From an uncultured Chloroflexia bacterium (GTDB taxonomy: Bacteria; Chloroflexota; Limnocylindria; Limnocylindrales; CSP1-4), in contig CAWEZH010000001.1 in assembly GCA_963813535.1 (NCBI GenBank), forward strand, positions 128,001 through 192,000: a stretch of 64,000 nucleotides of DNA, in the 5' to 3' direction. Shown piece by piece: positions 1 through 10,295 of this stretch (the first letter of the stretch is position 1; the number at the start of each line of letters is the position of its first letter). A program made the translations under genes and the position numbers. Under the pieces are notes generated by a model, which made no database searches, was not told the origin of the DNA, and worked only from the letters and a program-made list of their open reading frames with translations.

Positions 1-37
1 AGGCGGGCGCCATGCGGATGACTCGACGCAGGAGTCG

Positions 38-1426
38 CTAGAGGACGCGTCCCGGATTCAGGAGGCCCTGCGGGTCCAGCGCCGCCTTGATCGACCGCAT
101 CACGCGGACGGCGTCAGCTCCCCGTTGCTCCTCGAGCCACTCGCGCCTCGCCGACCCGATGCCGTGTTCGCCGGTCACGGTGCCGCCGAGGTCCAGCGCC
201 GCGCGATACAGGTCTGCTTGGACCGCCTTGGTGATCGTCTCGCCGTTGGGATCGCCGCGGTCGAGGACCAGGTCTGGATGCAAGTTCCCGTCGCCCGCGT
301 GACCGAACGTCCCGATCCGTACCTCGTGCCTGGCGGCGATCGCCTCGATGGCGCGGAGCATGTCGGGGACCCGCGAGCGGGGCACGCCCACATCCTCCAT
401 CTTGACGTCGCCGAGCTTCTCGAGCGCCCAGTGTGCGGCGCGGCGAGCCTGCCGCAGCAGGTCCGCTTCCGCCGGGGTCTGGGAGCGGACGGTCGACGTC
501 GCCCCGACGCCGGTGCAGACCGTCTCGGCCCGTGCCAGCTCGTCGGCCGCCGCGGCAGCCGGCAGGTCCGACTCGATCATCAGCATCGCGGCAGCATCCC
601 GGTCGAGGCCGAGCGCATGGACGTCGTCGACCGCGCGGATCGTGAACCGATCCATCAGCTCGAGGGTGACCGGTGACAGCCCGGCCGCGGCGATCCCGGC
701 CACGGCGTCGCCGGCCAATTCGAGGCTGGGGAAGAAGGCGAGGAGCGTGGCACGTGGCGGCGGGGTGGGGCGCAGCCGGAGGGTGGCCTCGGTGATCATC
801 CCGAGGGTGCCCTGCGACCCGACGATCAGATGGGTGAGCGAGTACCCGGCGACGTCCTTGACGTTCTTGCCGCCGGTCCTGATGACGCTGCCGTCGGCCA
901 TCACGACCTCGAGCCCGAGGACCGACTCGCGGGTCTGCCCGTACTTCACGCAACACAGACCGCCGGCGTTGGTGCCGAGGTTCCCGCCGATGGAACACAT
1001 CTCGAAGCTGGCCGGGTCCGGCGCGTAGAACAGCCCGTGCTCGGCGACCGCGGCCTTCAGCCGCGCATTGATCACCCCGGGTTGCGTGACGACGCACAGG
1101 TTGGGCGGGTCGATCTCGAGGATCCGGTCCATCGCCGTGAACGCGACAGTCAACGCGCCGTCGATGCCTGCGGCGCCGCCACTCAGCCCGGACCCGGCCC
1201 CTCTCGGGACGATCGGAACGTCGAACTCCGCACAGACCCGGACGATCTCGACCACGTCGGCCGTTTCGGTCGGCAGAGCGACGGCACCAGGCAGACCGGC
1301 CGGGAGGTACTGCGTCTCGTCGCGCCGGTACGTCTCGCGGTCGACCTCATCGGTCAACACGCGCAGGCCGGGGAGACGGCCGCGCAGTGCGTCGATGAAC
1401 CCCTCGGTGACGATGCCGGCGGCCAT
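38..1426 (-). CDS. FAD-linked oxidase (GlcD / D-lactate dehydrogenase family)
   Basis: PRGAGSGLSGG, APDPAS, GHAGDGNLH, GEHGIG and LNPG motifs; ATG 1426 lies 8 nt after TACACT. Confidence 0.9.
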   Translation of the reverse strand: MAAGIVTEGFIDALRGRLPGLRVLTDEVDRETYRRDETQYLPAGLPGAVALPTETADVVEIVRVCAEFDVPIVPRGAGSGLSGGAAGIDGALTVAFTAMDRILEIDPPNLCVVTQPGVINARLKAAVAEHGLFYAPDPASFEMCSIGGNLGTNAGGLCCVKYGQTRESVLGLEVVMADGSVIRTGGKNVKDVAGYSLTHLIVGSQGTLGMITEATLRLRPTPPPRATLLAFFPSLELAGDAVAGIAAAGLSPVTLELMDRFTIRAVDDVHALGLDRDAAAMLMIESDLPAAAAADELARAETVCTGVGATSTVRSQTPAEADLLRQARRAAHWALEKLGDVKMEDVGVPRSRVPDMLRAIEAIAARHEVRIGTFGHAGDGNLHPDLVLDRGDPNGETITKAVQADLYRAALDLGGTVTGEHGIGSARREWLEEQRGADAVRVMRSIKAALDPQGLLNPGRVL

Positions 1427-1521
1427 GAGGCGCCAGTGTAGGGCGCGGCCGGAGGGAGGTCCGGGAGGCGCGCGGACCATCGGCGAGCGGACGATCGGAC
1501 CCGGACGGGTAGGATTCCCAG

Positions 1522-2991
1522 ATGCACAGGGGGTTCATAGCGCGCGCCCTCGCTCCGGTCGGTCTGGCCCTCCTGCTCGTCGCGGGCATCGCCGGCCCAG
1601 CCTTCGCGTGCGATCCAGCGCTCTCGGATCGTCGCGACTCGCGCATCTTCGACGATCGACGTACCACCGTCGACGAGGGCTCTGTGTCCACGGATGTCGC
1701 CGGTTTCGGCGCAGGTGCCTCCAGCGCGGCGGTGGCCGTCGGTGCGAGCGCGATCGCGCCCGGCAGCGTGAACCGGACGAGCACGTACCTCTCAGCGCGG
1801 TATCTCGTCGGCCTGTCGCTGAAGTTCGGCACGCGCGCGTTCCAGGCGAACACGGTTGCGACCATCACCAACACGTCGGGCGGGCCGATCGACCGCGTCG
1901 AGCTCAACACGATCGCGGCACGGCTCGGCGGCATGCGACTCCACACCGTCCAGGTCGACGGCCGGCGTGTCGCGGCCAGGGTCCGCGACCAGACGATCAT
2001 CGTGCCGCTGGGCGGCATCCTGGCCGCCGGAGACAGCGTCAAGATCCGCGTCCACTACCTCGCGACGCTGCGCAGCAGCCTCGCGGGCTCGAACTGGCTG
2101 TTCACTCGCGTCAACGGCATCGTCGATGCCTATCGCTGGATCCCATGGGTCAGCCGGGCGACCCCGTTCACGCGCCCGAACCACGGCGACCCGTTCGTGA
2201 CGCCGGTCAGCCCGGAAGTCATCATCAACGTCACGACGGACCGGCGGCTCGTCATCGCCTCGACCGCGGGCGTCGTATCGCAGTCGAGCAACGGGCGCAC
2301 GCAGAGGCTCGTCGCGCGCAACGTGCGCGACGTGACGATCACGGCCGCCCCCGACTTCCGCACCGCCACCGTGGTGGTTGGATCGAAGAAGGTCCGTTAC
2401 TACTACCGGTCGTCGGCCAACCGCGCGCTCGTCCTCGACGCCGCGGCCGATGCCTTCCGCGCCATGCAGTCTCGTCTCGGGCCGTATCCCTACTCGATCT
2501 ACAAGGTCGTCCAGTCGGCCGGCGGGTATGGCATGGAGTCGCCCGGCCTGACGTGGATCCCGTACGGCGTCGGCAGGGCCAACCTGCGCTACCTGACGGC
2601 CCACGAGACGGCCCATCAATGGTTCTACGGAATGGTCGGCAACGACCAGGCCCGCCAGCCGTTCGCCGACGAGGCGCTGGCCGACTTCGTCGCGCGCGAC
2701 GTGACCGGCACGCGCCGGGCAAGCCGCTGCTCGACCGCCCGCCTCGACCGCTCGATCTACGCCTATTCGAGCGCGTGCTACTACGAGGTCGTGTACATCC
2801 AGGGCGGCAACCTGCTCAACGAGGCTCGCAGGCGGATGGGCTCGTCGCTGTTCTGGTCGACGCTACGGACGTACGTCGCCGCCCAGCGCTACCGGATCTC
2901 GACGACCCCGACGCTCCTCAAGACGCTGGACGACGCGACACCGGTGTACCTGTCGGCGTTGTTCCGACCGCGCTTCCCGTCGTACTACTAG
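1522..2991 (+). CDS. Secreted M1/gluzincin-like zinc metallopeptidase
   Basis: Signal peptide; GYGMES, HETAHQW and downstream DEALA zinc ligand. Confidence 0.8.
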   Translation: MHRGFIARALAPVGLALLLVAGIAGPAFACDPALSDRRDSRIFDDRRTTVDEGSVSTDVAGFGAGASSAAVAVGASAIAPGSVNRTSTYLSARYLVGLSLKFGTRAFQANTVATITNTSGGPIDRVELNTIAARLGGMRLHTVQVDGRRVAARVRDQTIIVPLGGILAAGDSVKIRVHYLATLRSSLAGSNWLFTRVNGIVDAYRWIPWVSRATPFTRPNHGDPFVTPVSPEVIINVTTDRRLVIASTAGVVSQSSNGRTQRLVARNVRDVTITAAPDFRTATVVVGSKKVRYYYRSSANRALVLDAAADAFRAMQSRLGPYPYSIYKVVQSAGGYGMESPGLTWIPYGVGRANLRYLTAHETAHQWFYGMVGNDQARQPFADEALADFVARDVTGTRRASRCSTARLDRSIYAYSSACYYEVVYIQGGNLLNEARRRMGSSLFWSTLRTYVAAQRYRISTTPTLLKTLDDATPVYLSALFRPRFPSYY

Positions 2992-3856
2992 TCGACGTCG
3001 GGGCGGCGCTGGCCAGCTGGGCGCCGACAGTCGAGTCGCCGCCGGCCATCCGCCGGTCGGCGGCCAGCGCCTGCGGCATCTGGCGGAACGACCTCGGAAG
3101 CACGGGCATCCACGCGCGCCACGTGATGGCGAGCCAGCCCGAGACCGCCCGCTCGAGAGGTCCCCACCGGAAGCCGTAGGCCTCCCTGATCGTCTGTGGC
3201 AGCAGACCCAGGGCCGGCCACAGCGTCCAGTCGTACAGCCGCGGGTCGAGCCCGGCCCGCCCGAGGACCCCGGGGAGTGGCGGGTGGAGGATCGCCTCCG
3301 CCAGCTCGCGCGCGACCGGTCCGACCTGCACCGGCCCGCCCGGCCGCAACTGATCCGCGAGATATGCGTCGAAAGCGGCGAGGTCCGCCGGCAGGTACGA
3401 CTCCGGTATCCCGAACGCTCGGGCGATCGGCTTGGTCTCGTCGTAGAACCGCGCTGCCTGGTCGCGGGACAACGGACCCGCCCACGCGTCGTTGACGATG
3501 ATCGTGGAGTCGACGAGCGTGGCGTGCACCCACATCGACAGGGCGGGATCGCGCGCGTCATAGCCCGACCCGGTGATGCCGCGATGGAGCGCGTTCAGAC
3601 GGCGGATCTCGTCCCGTGCGGCCGCGGTGGATCCGTAGATGATCCGCAGGTAGCTCCGCAGGGTGCCGTCGAGACGGCGCCACGGGTCGGCGCGGAAGTC
3701 GGAATGTTCGTCGACACCCGCCGCGACGGCGGGATGGGCGAGCTGCATCAGGAGTGCCCGCGGACCGGCGCCCAGCAGCAACATCGCCTCGCGGTCCAGG
3801 CGCCATGCTTCCGAATCCGGCCCGAACATCCCGGCGTCGCGATCGCGCGTATCCAC
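2918..3856 (-). CDS. Oxygenase MpaB / DUF2236 family protein
   Basis: LLMQLAHPAVAAGVDEHSDF, WVHATL; start estimated from upstream TATCGT box. Confidence 0.85.
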   Translation of the reverse strand: MDTRDRDAGMFGPDSEAWRLDREAMLLLGAGPRALLMQLAHPAVAAGVDEHSDFRADPWRRLDGTLRSYLRIIYGSTAAARDEIRRLNALHRGITGSGYDARDPALSMWVHATLVDSTIIVNDAWAGPLSRDQAARFYDETKPIARAFGIPESYLPADLAAFDAYLADQLRPGGPVQVGPVARELAEAILHPPLPGVLGRAGLDPRLYDWTLWPALGLLPQTIREAYGFRWGPLERAVSGWLAITWRAWMPVLPRSFRQMPQALAADRRMAGGDSTVGAQLASAAPTSTSSTTGSAVGTTPTGTPVSRRPAS

Positions 3857-3891
3857 GGCAAGCACGATAGCCGCACTTCGAGGAGGGGACG

Positions 3892-4485
3892 TTGGGACGC
3901 TGGGGTACCGAGTTCGACGCGGATCGGCTGGCGACGCTCGAGACCCGGATGTGGAAGGCCTACTACCGACGCCAACCGGCACGCCTGTTCGGATGGCTCG
4001 TCCTGGCCCTGAAGGAGCAGGCCGATGTGCGCTGGCCGACCGCGCTCGCAGCGAGCCTGCTGCTGACCCGTGCGGCGGCCGGCTTCGCGCGGGCGGATGG
4101 CGAGTACGACCGGTTCGCGCCGGACATCGGCCGTGCCTATCGGCGATTGGGATTGCCAGCGGAGGTCGACGCGGACGAGGTAGCCCGGCGTGAGTTGCGC
4201 TGGTGGGTGGTGCGCCGCGAGATCGGGCTATCGGCGGGAGCCGCCGCCGGCGAGGCCATCTCCGCCCTCTACGCCACGATCTACGACGTCGAGGAGTCGG
4301 CTGTGGCCGAGGCCGGTCGGCTGCGCGGCGAGGCGGCGGAGGTGCGCGATCGCGGTGCGGCCGGCGACCCGGATGGTCCGCGCGGGTCGGGGCGCGCCTA
4401 CTGGCCCGAGGTGGCGCGGCTCCTCCGTGATTCGTACCGCTCGCTTCGAGCGGCGATCAGCGATCCTCCGGGCGGCGGCCGATGA
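3892..4485 (+). CDS. Hypothetical helical protein
   Basis: GAGGAG RBS before TTG; protein-like composition. Confidence 0.65.
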   Translation: MGRWGTEFDADRLATLETRMWKAYYRRQPARLFGWLVLALKEQADVRWPTALAASLLLTRAAAGFARADGEYDRFAPDIGRAYRRLGLPAEVDADEVARRELRWWVVRREIGLSAGAAAGEAISALYATIYDVEESAVAEAGRLRGEAAEVRDRGAAGDPDGPRGSGRAYWPEVARLLRDSYRSLRAAISDPPGGGR

Positions 4486-5149
4486 GCCACCACGCTGCAG
4501 GGAAGATGCCCGCGGCCACGACCAGCTTGGCCGCGTCCCATAGCAGGAACTTGGTCATACCCCCGGCGACCGCCGCCTCCCACGGGATCCCCAGCGAGAC
4601 CTTCAGCCACGGGACGCCGATCGCGTAGATCACCGCGGTCCCGATGGCCATGGCCGCGAGCGACCCGCCGATGTGGCGGTCCCAGCCGAGCTCGGCCAGC
4701 CGGCCGACGATCGCGGCCGCCGCGACAAAACCGATCAGGTACCCGCCGGTCGCGCCGACGATCCGCGCGACCCCCGAGGTGCCCTCCGCGAAGACCGACA
4801 GCCCGAGCGCGCCGAGGGCGATGTACAGCAGGAGCGCGAGCGCCCCGCGCCGGAACCCGAGCGCCCCGCCGACGATCAGCACGCCGAAGGTCTGACCGGT
4901 GAACGGCACCGGTTGCATCGGGATGACGACCTGGGCCGACAGGGCGACCACCAGGGCACCGGCGACGATGAGGACGACGTGCCGCAGACGGGTGGGTGTG
5001 CGTTCGCCGACGCGGATCGGGACCAGGAAGTCGGCGAGCGTGAGACCGCGCTCGGCAGCGGTGCTCCGGTCGAGTCGCGGGATGGCGAGCGTCAAGAACG
5101 AGGCTCCGATAACGGTCGTCTGGGGGCGCGACCGAGCCGAGTCTAGCAT
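4457..5149 (-). CDS. bioY: Biotin transporter BioY
   Basis: PVPFTGQTF, GATGGYLIGF motifs; hydrophobic. Confidence 0.9.
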   Translation of the reverse strand: MLDSARSRPQTTVIGASFLTLAIPRLDRSTAAERGLTLADFLVPIRVGERTPTRLRHVVLIVAGALVVALSAQVVIPMQPVPFTGQTFGVLIVGGALGFRRGALALLLYIALGALGLSVFAEGTSGVARIVGATGGYLIGFVAAAAIVGRLAELGWDRHIGGSLAAMAIGTAVIYAIGVPWLKVSLGIPWEAAVAGGMTKFLLWDAAKLVVAAGIFPAAWWLIGRRPEDR

Positions 5150-5179
5150 CCCGATTCGTCCCGGCGGGACGGGCCCTGT

Positions 5180-7699
5180 CTACTCGAAGCCGACCGCCCG
5201 GACGATCGAGATGCCGCTCGCCAGCCGCGCCGGATAGGCAGCGGCGAGCATCGCGAGGGCGACGCCGAGCACGAACGCCACGGCGATGGGCAGCCATGCG
5301 ATCGCTGCCGTCGGATCGAGGCGGCCGCCCGACAACGCGACCATGAGCCCACCGACGACCACGCCCGTGACGACGCCGCAGATCGCGCCGGCCAGACCGG
5401 TGATGCCGGCCTCGACGACGACCGATCGCCACACCTGGCGGCGCGTCATCCCGGCAGCGCGCAACACCCCGATCTCGCGCACGCGCTCCAGGACGTTCAT
5501 GGTCAGCGTGTTGACGATGCCGAGCGACGCGACGATGACCGCGATCAGCGACAGGACGTCGAACAGCCCGAAGACCCGGTCGAGGGCCTCGCCGATGGCG
5601 CCCTGGATGCGGTCGAGCGGCACCGGCTCGAGCGCGAGCGCACGAGCCTCGTCGGCGAGTTGCGCACGATCGACCGCCGATGCGCTCGGCTCGAACCGGA
5701 CCGCGTAGGCGTCGGCACCGGCGACACCCAGGCGCTCGGCGTCGGCCCACCCGACCAGGATCGATTCGCCCGACCTCCCCGGCATCGTCCGCTCCGCCAC
5801 CCCGACGACCGTCAGCTCGAGCAACGAACCGTCCGCCGCCGCGACGGACAGCACAGACCCGGGCGCGAGCCCATCACGTGCGGCGATGCCGGCCGGCACG
5901 ATGGCCGAGCCACCGTCGTCGAGGGCCGCCAGCGCAGCGGGCCGGTCACCCGCGATCAGATGGAGCCGGCCGTCGGCATCGAGGTCCGCGCCATGCAGCA
6001 CGGCGCCGTCGACCCGCCGCCCCGCGACCGCCAGGTCGAAGGTCGCGACCGGGCTGACGGACCGGACCCCAGGCACGCCAGCGAGAGCCTCGTCGATGCC
6101 CTCGTCGAGTCCGCGCGGGAAGATCGAGGTGAGAACGAGGTCGCCCGGGACCACATCGGCGATCCATGCGCCTGCGGCGGCACGGGCGTGCTGCCCGACC
6201 CCGCCGAGCGCGACGATGAGTGCCAGCCCGATGGTGAGTGCCCCGACGGTCAATGCCGCCCGCGACCGATCCCGCAGGACCGATGCGCGGCCGAGCCGCT
6301 CCTCGAGACGAGCCAGCACCAGGAATGGCGTGCCGGCGACGCGGGCCAGGGCGGGCAACAGCAGGGGGACGATCAGCACGGCCGCGAGCAGGACGGCGTA
6401 CACGATGGATGCGCGAACGAGCGCTGCGTCGCCGGCGGTGCGCGGCCAGATGAGCGGGCCGACCACGCCGACTGCTACGAACACCGCGACCAACCAGCGC
6501 AGCCGCGCCCGTCGGGCGGATGGCAGGTCGAGCCTCGACCGCAGCGCCTCGACCGGTGCCACGTGGCCAGCCCGGCGAGCGGGCTCGACGGCAGCCGCGA
6601 GGGTCACCCCGACGCCGACCACGAGCGCCCCGACGGCGTCGCCGACGTGAACGACGGGTGCCCCGAGCGGCACGGCTCCGACGGGGCCGATCCACGCGGC
6701 GATCGCCGCGGCGGCGGCACCGCCCGCGACGATGCCCATGGCCGACCCGATGACGCCGATGACGGCGGCTTGCATGAGGATGTAGGTGGTCAACTGCCGA
6801 CGCGTGGCGCCGGCCGCGCGGAGCAGTCCCAGCTCGCGCAGGCGTTCGACGACGGTCATCGAGAGCGTGTTGAAGATGAGGAAGGCGCCGGCGAACAACG
6901 CGATCGCGGCGATGAGAGCCGTCGTCGCCGCGAAGTCGCCCGTCGCAGCCTGCGTGGCCGCCGCGATGTCCCGCGGCGAGGAGACGAGGTACGGCTCGTT
7001 GAGCAATCGCGTCTGGAGCGAGTCGACGACCGCGACCGGATCCACGCCGGCCGCCAGGTCGAGGTCGACGCGCGTGACGCCATCGGAGCCGAACACGGCC
7101 TGCGCGACGGACAGCTGCGTCACGACGGTTCGGCCCGATGGGCCGCCCCATGGCCCGTCCGCGGCCAGGATGCCGCCGACCCGGAGATACACCGGCTCGT
7201 CCACCCCCTGGAGGCCGATGCGCGACCCGACGGACAGATCATCCTGTCGAGCGAGCGTCGCGCTGATGATGGCGGTCCGGTCCTCGTCTGACGACAGGGC
7301 GGTGCCGGCGGCAAGGGACAGGTCGTGGACGCGCGGCTCGCGCTCCGGATCGATCCCGACGAGCGTCACCGGTGCGGGCAGCGGCCCGGGTCCGAAGGTC
7401 TCCGTACCCAGGTACGTCCTCCGTTCGAACGACGGGGCCGCGACATAGACGCCCGGCGTGCCGTCGATCAGGGCGAGGGTCGCTGACGAGAGCCCGCTCT
7501 CATCGATCGACCCGACACGCAGCTCCGCGCCGCCGACGAGGGTCGTGACCGCACGGTCCACGGCGGCGCCGATGCCGGCGTTCGTCGCCAGGCCCGCATA
7601 CAGGACCGCGACGCCAAGGGCCACGCCGATGGTGGTCAGGGCCGTGCGTACCGGACGAGCCCGCAGGCCGCGCCATGCCAGTCCGTGCAGACCGCGCAT
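5180..7699 (-). CDS. ABC transporter permease (MacB/FtsX-like, duplicated)
   Basis: Two ER-RE-G-LRAAG motifs; multiple TM segments. Confidence 0.9.
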   Translation of the reverse strand: MRGLHGLAWRGLRARPVRTALTTIGVALGVAVLYAGLATNAGIGAAVDRAVTTLVGGAELRVGSIDESGLSSATLALIDGTPGVYVAAPSFERRTYLGTETFGPGPLPAPVTLVGIDPEREPRVHDLSLAAGTALSSDEDRTAIISATLARQDDLSVGSRIGLQGVDEPVYLRVGGILAADGPWGGPSGRTVVTQLSVAQAVFGSDGVTRVDLDLAAGVDPVAVVDSLQTRLLNEPYLVSSPRDIAAATQAATGDFAATTALIAAIALFAGAFLIFNTLSMTVVERLRELGLLRAAGATRRQLTTYILMQAAVIGVIGSAMGIVAGGAAAAAIAAWIGPVGAVPLGAPVVHVGDAVGALVVGVGVTLAAAVEPARRAGHVAPVEALRSRLDLPSARRARLRWLVAVFVAVGVVGPLIWPRTAGDAALVRASIVYAVLLAAVLIVPLLLPALARVAGTPFLVLARLEERLGRASVLRDRSRAALTVGALTIGLALIVALGGVGQHARAAAGAWIADVVPGDLVLTSIFPRGLDEGIDEALAGVPGVRSVSPVATFDLAVAGRRVDGAVLHGADLDADGRLHLIAGDRPAALAALDDGGSAIVPAGIAARDGLAPGSVLSVAAADGSLLELTVVGVAERTMPGRSGESILVGWADAERLGVAGADAYAVRFEPSASAVDRAQLADEARALALEPVPLDRIQGAIGEALDRVFGLFDVLSLIAVIVASLGIVNTLTMNVLERVREIGVLRAAGMTRRQVWRSVVVEAGITGLAGAICGVVTGVVVGGLMVALSGGRLDPTAAIAWLPIAVAFVLGVALAMLAAAYPARLASGISIVRAVGFE

Positions 7700-7704
7700 C
7701 GACG

Positions 7705-8508
7705 TCAGAGACCGAGGCTGGCCAGCCGCGCGATCAGGGTGGTCGCGTCGTGGTCGGCGCGACGGCCGAGTTCGATCGTGTCGAGGATGCTGCCATCGCC
7801 GATGACGTGCACCCGGTCGGCATAGGCCGCGGCCTTGGAGTCGTGGGTGACGAGCACGATCGTCTGGTGCCGCTCCTGGCATGACCGCCAGAGCACCTCG
7901 AGGATCTCGGTGCCGGTCGTGTAGTCGAGATTGCCCGTCGGCTCATCCGCGAACAACAGGGCGGGGCTCGTCACGAGCGCGCGGGCGACGGCGACCCGCT
8001 GCTGCTCGCCGGCGGACAGCTGGTCGGGCTTGTGGTGCTCCTTGCCGGTCAGATCGACCGAGCCGATCACCTCGCGGATCCGCTCGGCGAGCTCACCCCG
8101 GGACGGGTCGAGCCCGGCGATCGTGAAGGGCAGTCCGACGTTCTCGACGACGTCCAGCAGCGGGATGAGGTTGAACGATTGGAAGACGAACCCGGTCCGG
8201 TCACGACGCAAGCGCGTGGCCCGATCATCCGACAGCTCGCTGACGAGCTCGCCTTCGAGGACCACCTCACCGCTCGTGGGGCGATCGAGGCCGCCGAGCA
8301 GCTGGAGGAGCGTGCTCTTGCCGCTGCCCGACGGGCCCATGAGTGCGACGAACTCGCCTGCCCCGACCCGCAGCGACACCCCGCGGAGTGCCTGGACGGT
8401 CGTCTCCCCGAGCGGATATTCCTTGGTCAGCTCGCGGGCCTCGAGGATGATCCCGTCGCGGCTGCCGTTGTCGGGCGCGTCGAGGAGGCGAGAAAGGAGC
8501 GCGGTCAT
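7705..8508 (-). CDS. ABC transporter ATP-binding protein (LolD/MacB-like)
   Basis: [30 protein letters not shown]; alternative start 8619. Confidence 0.9.
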   Translation of the reverse strand: MTALLSRLLDAPDNGSRDGIILEARELTKEYPLGETTVQALRGVSLRVGAGEFVALMGPSGSGKSTLLQLLGGLDRPTSGEVVLEGELVSELSDDRATRLRRDRTGFVFQSFNLIPLLDVVENVGLPFTIAGLDPSRGELAERIREVIGSVDLTGKEHHKPDQLSAGEQQRVAVARALVTSPALLFADEPTGNLDYTTGTEILEVLWRSCQERHQTIVLVTHDSKAAAYADRVHVIGDGSILDTIELGRRADHDATTLIARLASLGL

Positions 8509-8615
8509 GCGTGGCCTCTGGCGGTCGGGTGGGGTCCGGTGCGCACCGTAGCGGTGCGGTGCGGAACGCGGCTCCCGCTCGATGGTCCGCCCGTCGCTAG
8601 TACCCGACGGCGCGG

Positions 8616-9452
8616 TCATGCGCCGAAGAAGAGGCCGGTCACGCCGGCCACGATCGAGCCCAGGAGGTCGCCCTCGTCAGCAGTGGCGACGACCCGAAGC
8701 CCGGTATCGGTCGTCGCGCGGGAGGAGGGCTGGACGGCATCGGCGACAGCAGGGCTTGGCAGTCTGGCCAGCGGCGGGGTCGGCAGCGGGCTGGGCGTCG
8801 GGATCGGTGTCGGTGCGGCAGTGGGCTTGGGCGTGGGCTTCGGGGTCGGACGAGGCGTCGGCTTGACCGTCGGCTTCGGCTTCGCGACGGTCGACTTGGG
8901 CTTGGGGGTGGCCTTCGACGCAGTCCCGCCGCACTTGTCGGCGAAGAGCACCGTCCACAGCTTCTTGCCGTCGGCGCCCTTGTACGCGCCGACACCGATG
9001 ACCTCCCAGTCCCGCTCGAGGATGTTGCGGCGATGGCCCGACGAGTCCATGAACATGCCGTGGATCGCGGCGGTGGCCTCGTCGTCCGGGTACGTGTTCC
9101 AGCCGATGTTCTCGCCGGCGACCTTGTAGCAATAGCCCTTCGCGTCCATCCGCTTGAAGACGTTGCCGTAGCCCGGGACGTCGTGGCTGAAGTAGTCGCG
9201 GACGCTCATGTCCTTGCTCCGCCAGCGGGCGATCGACGTGAGGGCGCCGTCGACCCGTAGCGAGCGGCGGCCGGCGGACGCGCGGCTGCGGTTGGTCAGG
9301 GCGACGAGCTGCCGCTCCGAGGCCGAGCTGTACGCCCCGTCATCCCATGCGCGGGCGGGGTGTGGCTGGGCCAGCCCGATGATCGAACCGACCGCCAGGA
9401 GCACGGCAAGACCGATCGGCAGGCGGGGGAATCGACGGCGCTGGGAGCTCAT
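8616..9452 (-). CDS. Secreted CAP/SCP-domain protein with Pro/Thr/Lys linker and hydrophobic C-terminus
   Basis: YFSH, GENIG, MDSSGHRRNIL, IGVG motifs; PTPKPT repeats. Confidence 0.85.
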   Translation of the reverse strand: MSSQRRRFPRLPIGLAVLLAVGSIIGLAQPHPARAWDDGAYSSASERQLVALTNRSRASAGRRSLRVDGALTSIARWRSKDMSVRDYFSHDVPGYGNVFKRMDAKGYCYKVAGENIGWNTYPDDEATAAIHGMFMDSSGHRRNILERDWEVIGVGAYKGADGKKLWTVLFADKCGGTASKATPKPKSTVAKPKPTVKPTPRPTPKPTPKPTAAPTPIPTPSPLPTPPLARLPSPAVADAVQPSSRATTDTGLRVVATADEGDLLGSIVAGVTGLFFGA

Positions 9453-9549
9453 CGGCGGTGGCGATCTCTGCGCGGCGTGGGGAAGCGACGGGTGCTCGGG
9501 TGAGGTCCTCACCGTAGGGAGCGGGTCCGGTCGGGTCTGCCGTGCGAAG

Positions 9550-9640
9550 GTCCCATCGCGTCCGACGCGGGTACCGGCCGGTCCAGGGCGGTCCGATGCG
9601 GTCCGGTGGGGTCGGGTGGCGTCCGGTGCAGTCCGACTCG
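9550..9640 (-). promoter_or_regulatory. Array of 10-bp-phased direct repeats upstream of the CAP gene
   Basis: GTCC/GTCG on + strand at 9550, 9560, 9581, 9591, 9601, 9611, 9621, 9631. Confidence 0.6.
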
Positions 9641-9665
9641 CCGGCCGACGACCGACAGCGCCTCG

Positions 9666-9830
9666 CTAGGCGGCTGTCGACCCGAGCCAGGCGACGAACA
9701 GGAGCATGATCACGGTGCCGACGGCGAGCACGCCGATCAGATAGGCCCAATGAGCACGGACGTGCACGGCCTCGAGATGTTCCTTGTGCACGCGCTCCTC
9801 GTCGACGTGCCGATCGGGCCATCCGCTCAT
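9666..9830 (-). CDS. Small single-TM hypothetical protein
   Basis: ATGA overlap with upstream gene; C-terminal TM helix. Confidence 0.65.
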   Translation of the reverse strand: MSGWPDRHVDEERVHKEHLEAVHVRAHWAYLIGVLAVGTVIMLLFVAWLGSTAA

Positions 9831-10186
9831 CGGTCGGCCAGCTTCGCTTCGAGATCGTCCACCTTCGCCTCGATGCGGCGCAGCGCCGCCTCCGTGTCGT
9901 AGTCGGTGTCCGGCGACTCGTGGCTCTTGCGATGGACCAGGAAGGTGGTCAGCACGATGAACACGAAGACCTGCAGGAACTCGGACTGCCAGTTTTCGAA
10001 GGTCGCCTGGGCCCAACTCCAGACGTAGCCGTCATCGCCGAACGCCGTGGCCGCCTGACCGTGCGACACCTGGTTCGCCACGAACTCCACCCAGCCGGTC
10101 CATGTCTGGAGCGCCCATGCGGCGAGGAACATCACGGCGAGCGTGATGCTGAGCCCGTAGTCGCTCCAGAGGCGCCTGATCGTCAT
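9827..10186 (-). CDS. DUF6766-like small membrane protein
   Basis: TFENWQSEFLQ signature; two TM segments. Confidence 0.75.
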   Translation of the reverse strand: MTIRRLWSDYGLSITLAVMFLAAWALQTWTGWVEFVANQVSHGQAATAFGDDGYVWSWAQATFENWQSEFLQVFVFIVLTTFLVHRKSHESPDTDYDTEAALRRIEAKVDDLEAKLADR

Positions 10187-10295
10187 GCTGGTCACGGAAT
10201 CTGCCGCGGCCGGATGTCGCACGACGCTGCGCGGAGCTCCCGAGTCGTTGCGTCCTCGTCCCAACCGTGGGCCCGGGCGTGGCAGACTCCAGATC

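Noticed and set aside
2918-2991. 74-bp convergent overlap of the MpaB-like and peptidase genes
   Set aside because: A low-complexity read-through tail or another indel is more likely than a functional overlap.
8780-8915. Periodic GGCTT/GGGCGT pattern
   Set aside because: Explained by the PTPKPT-type linker codons of the CAP protein.
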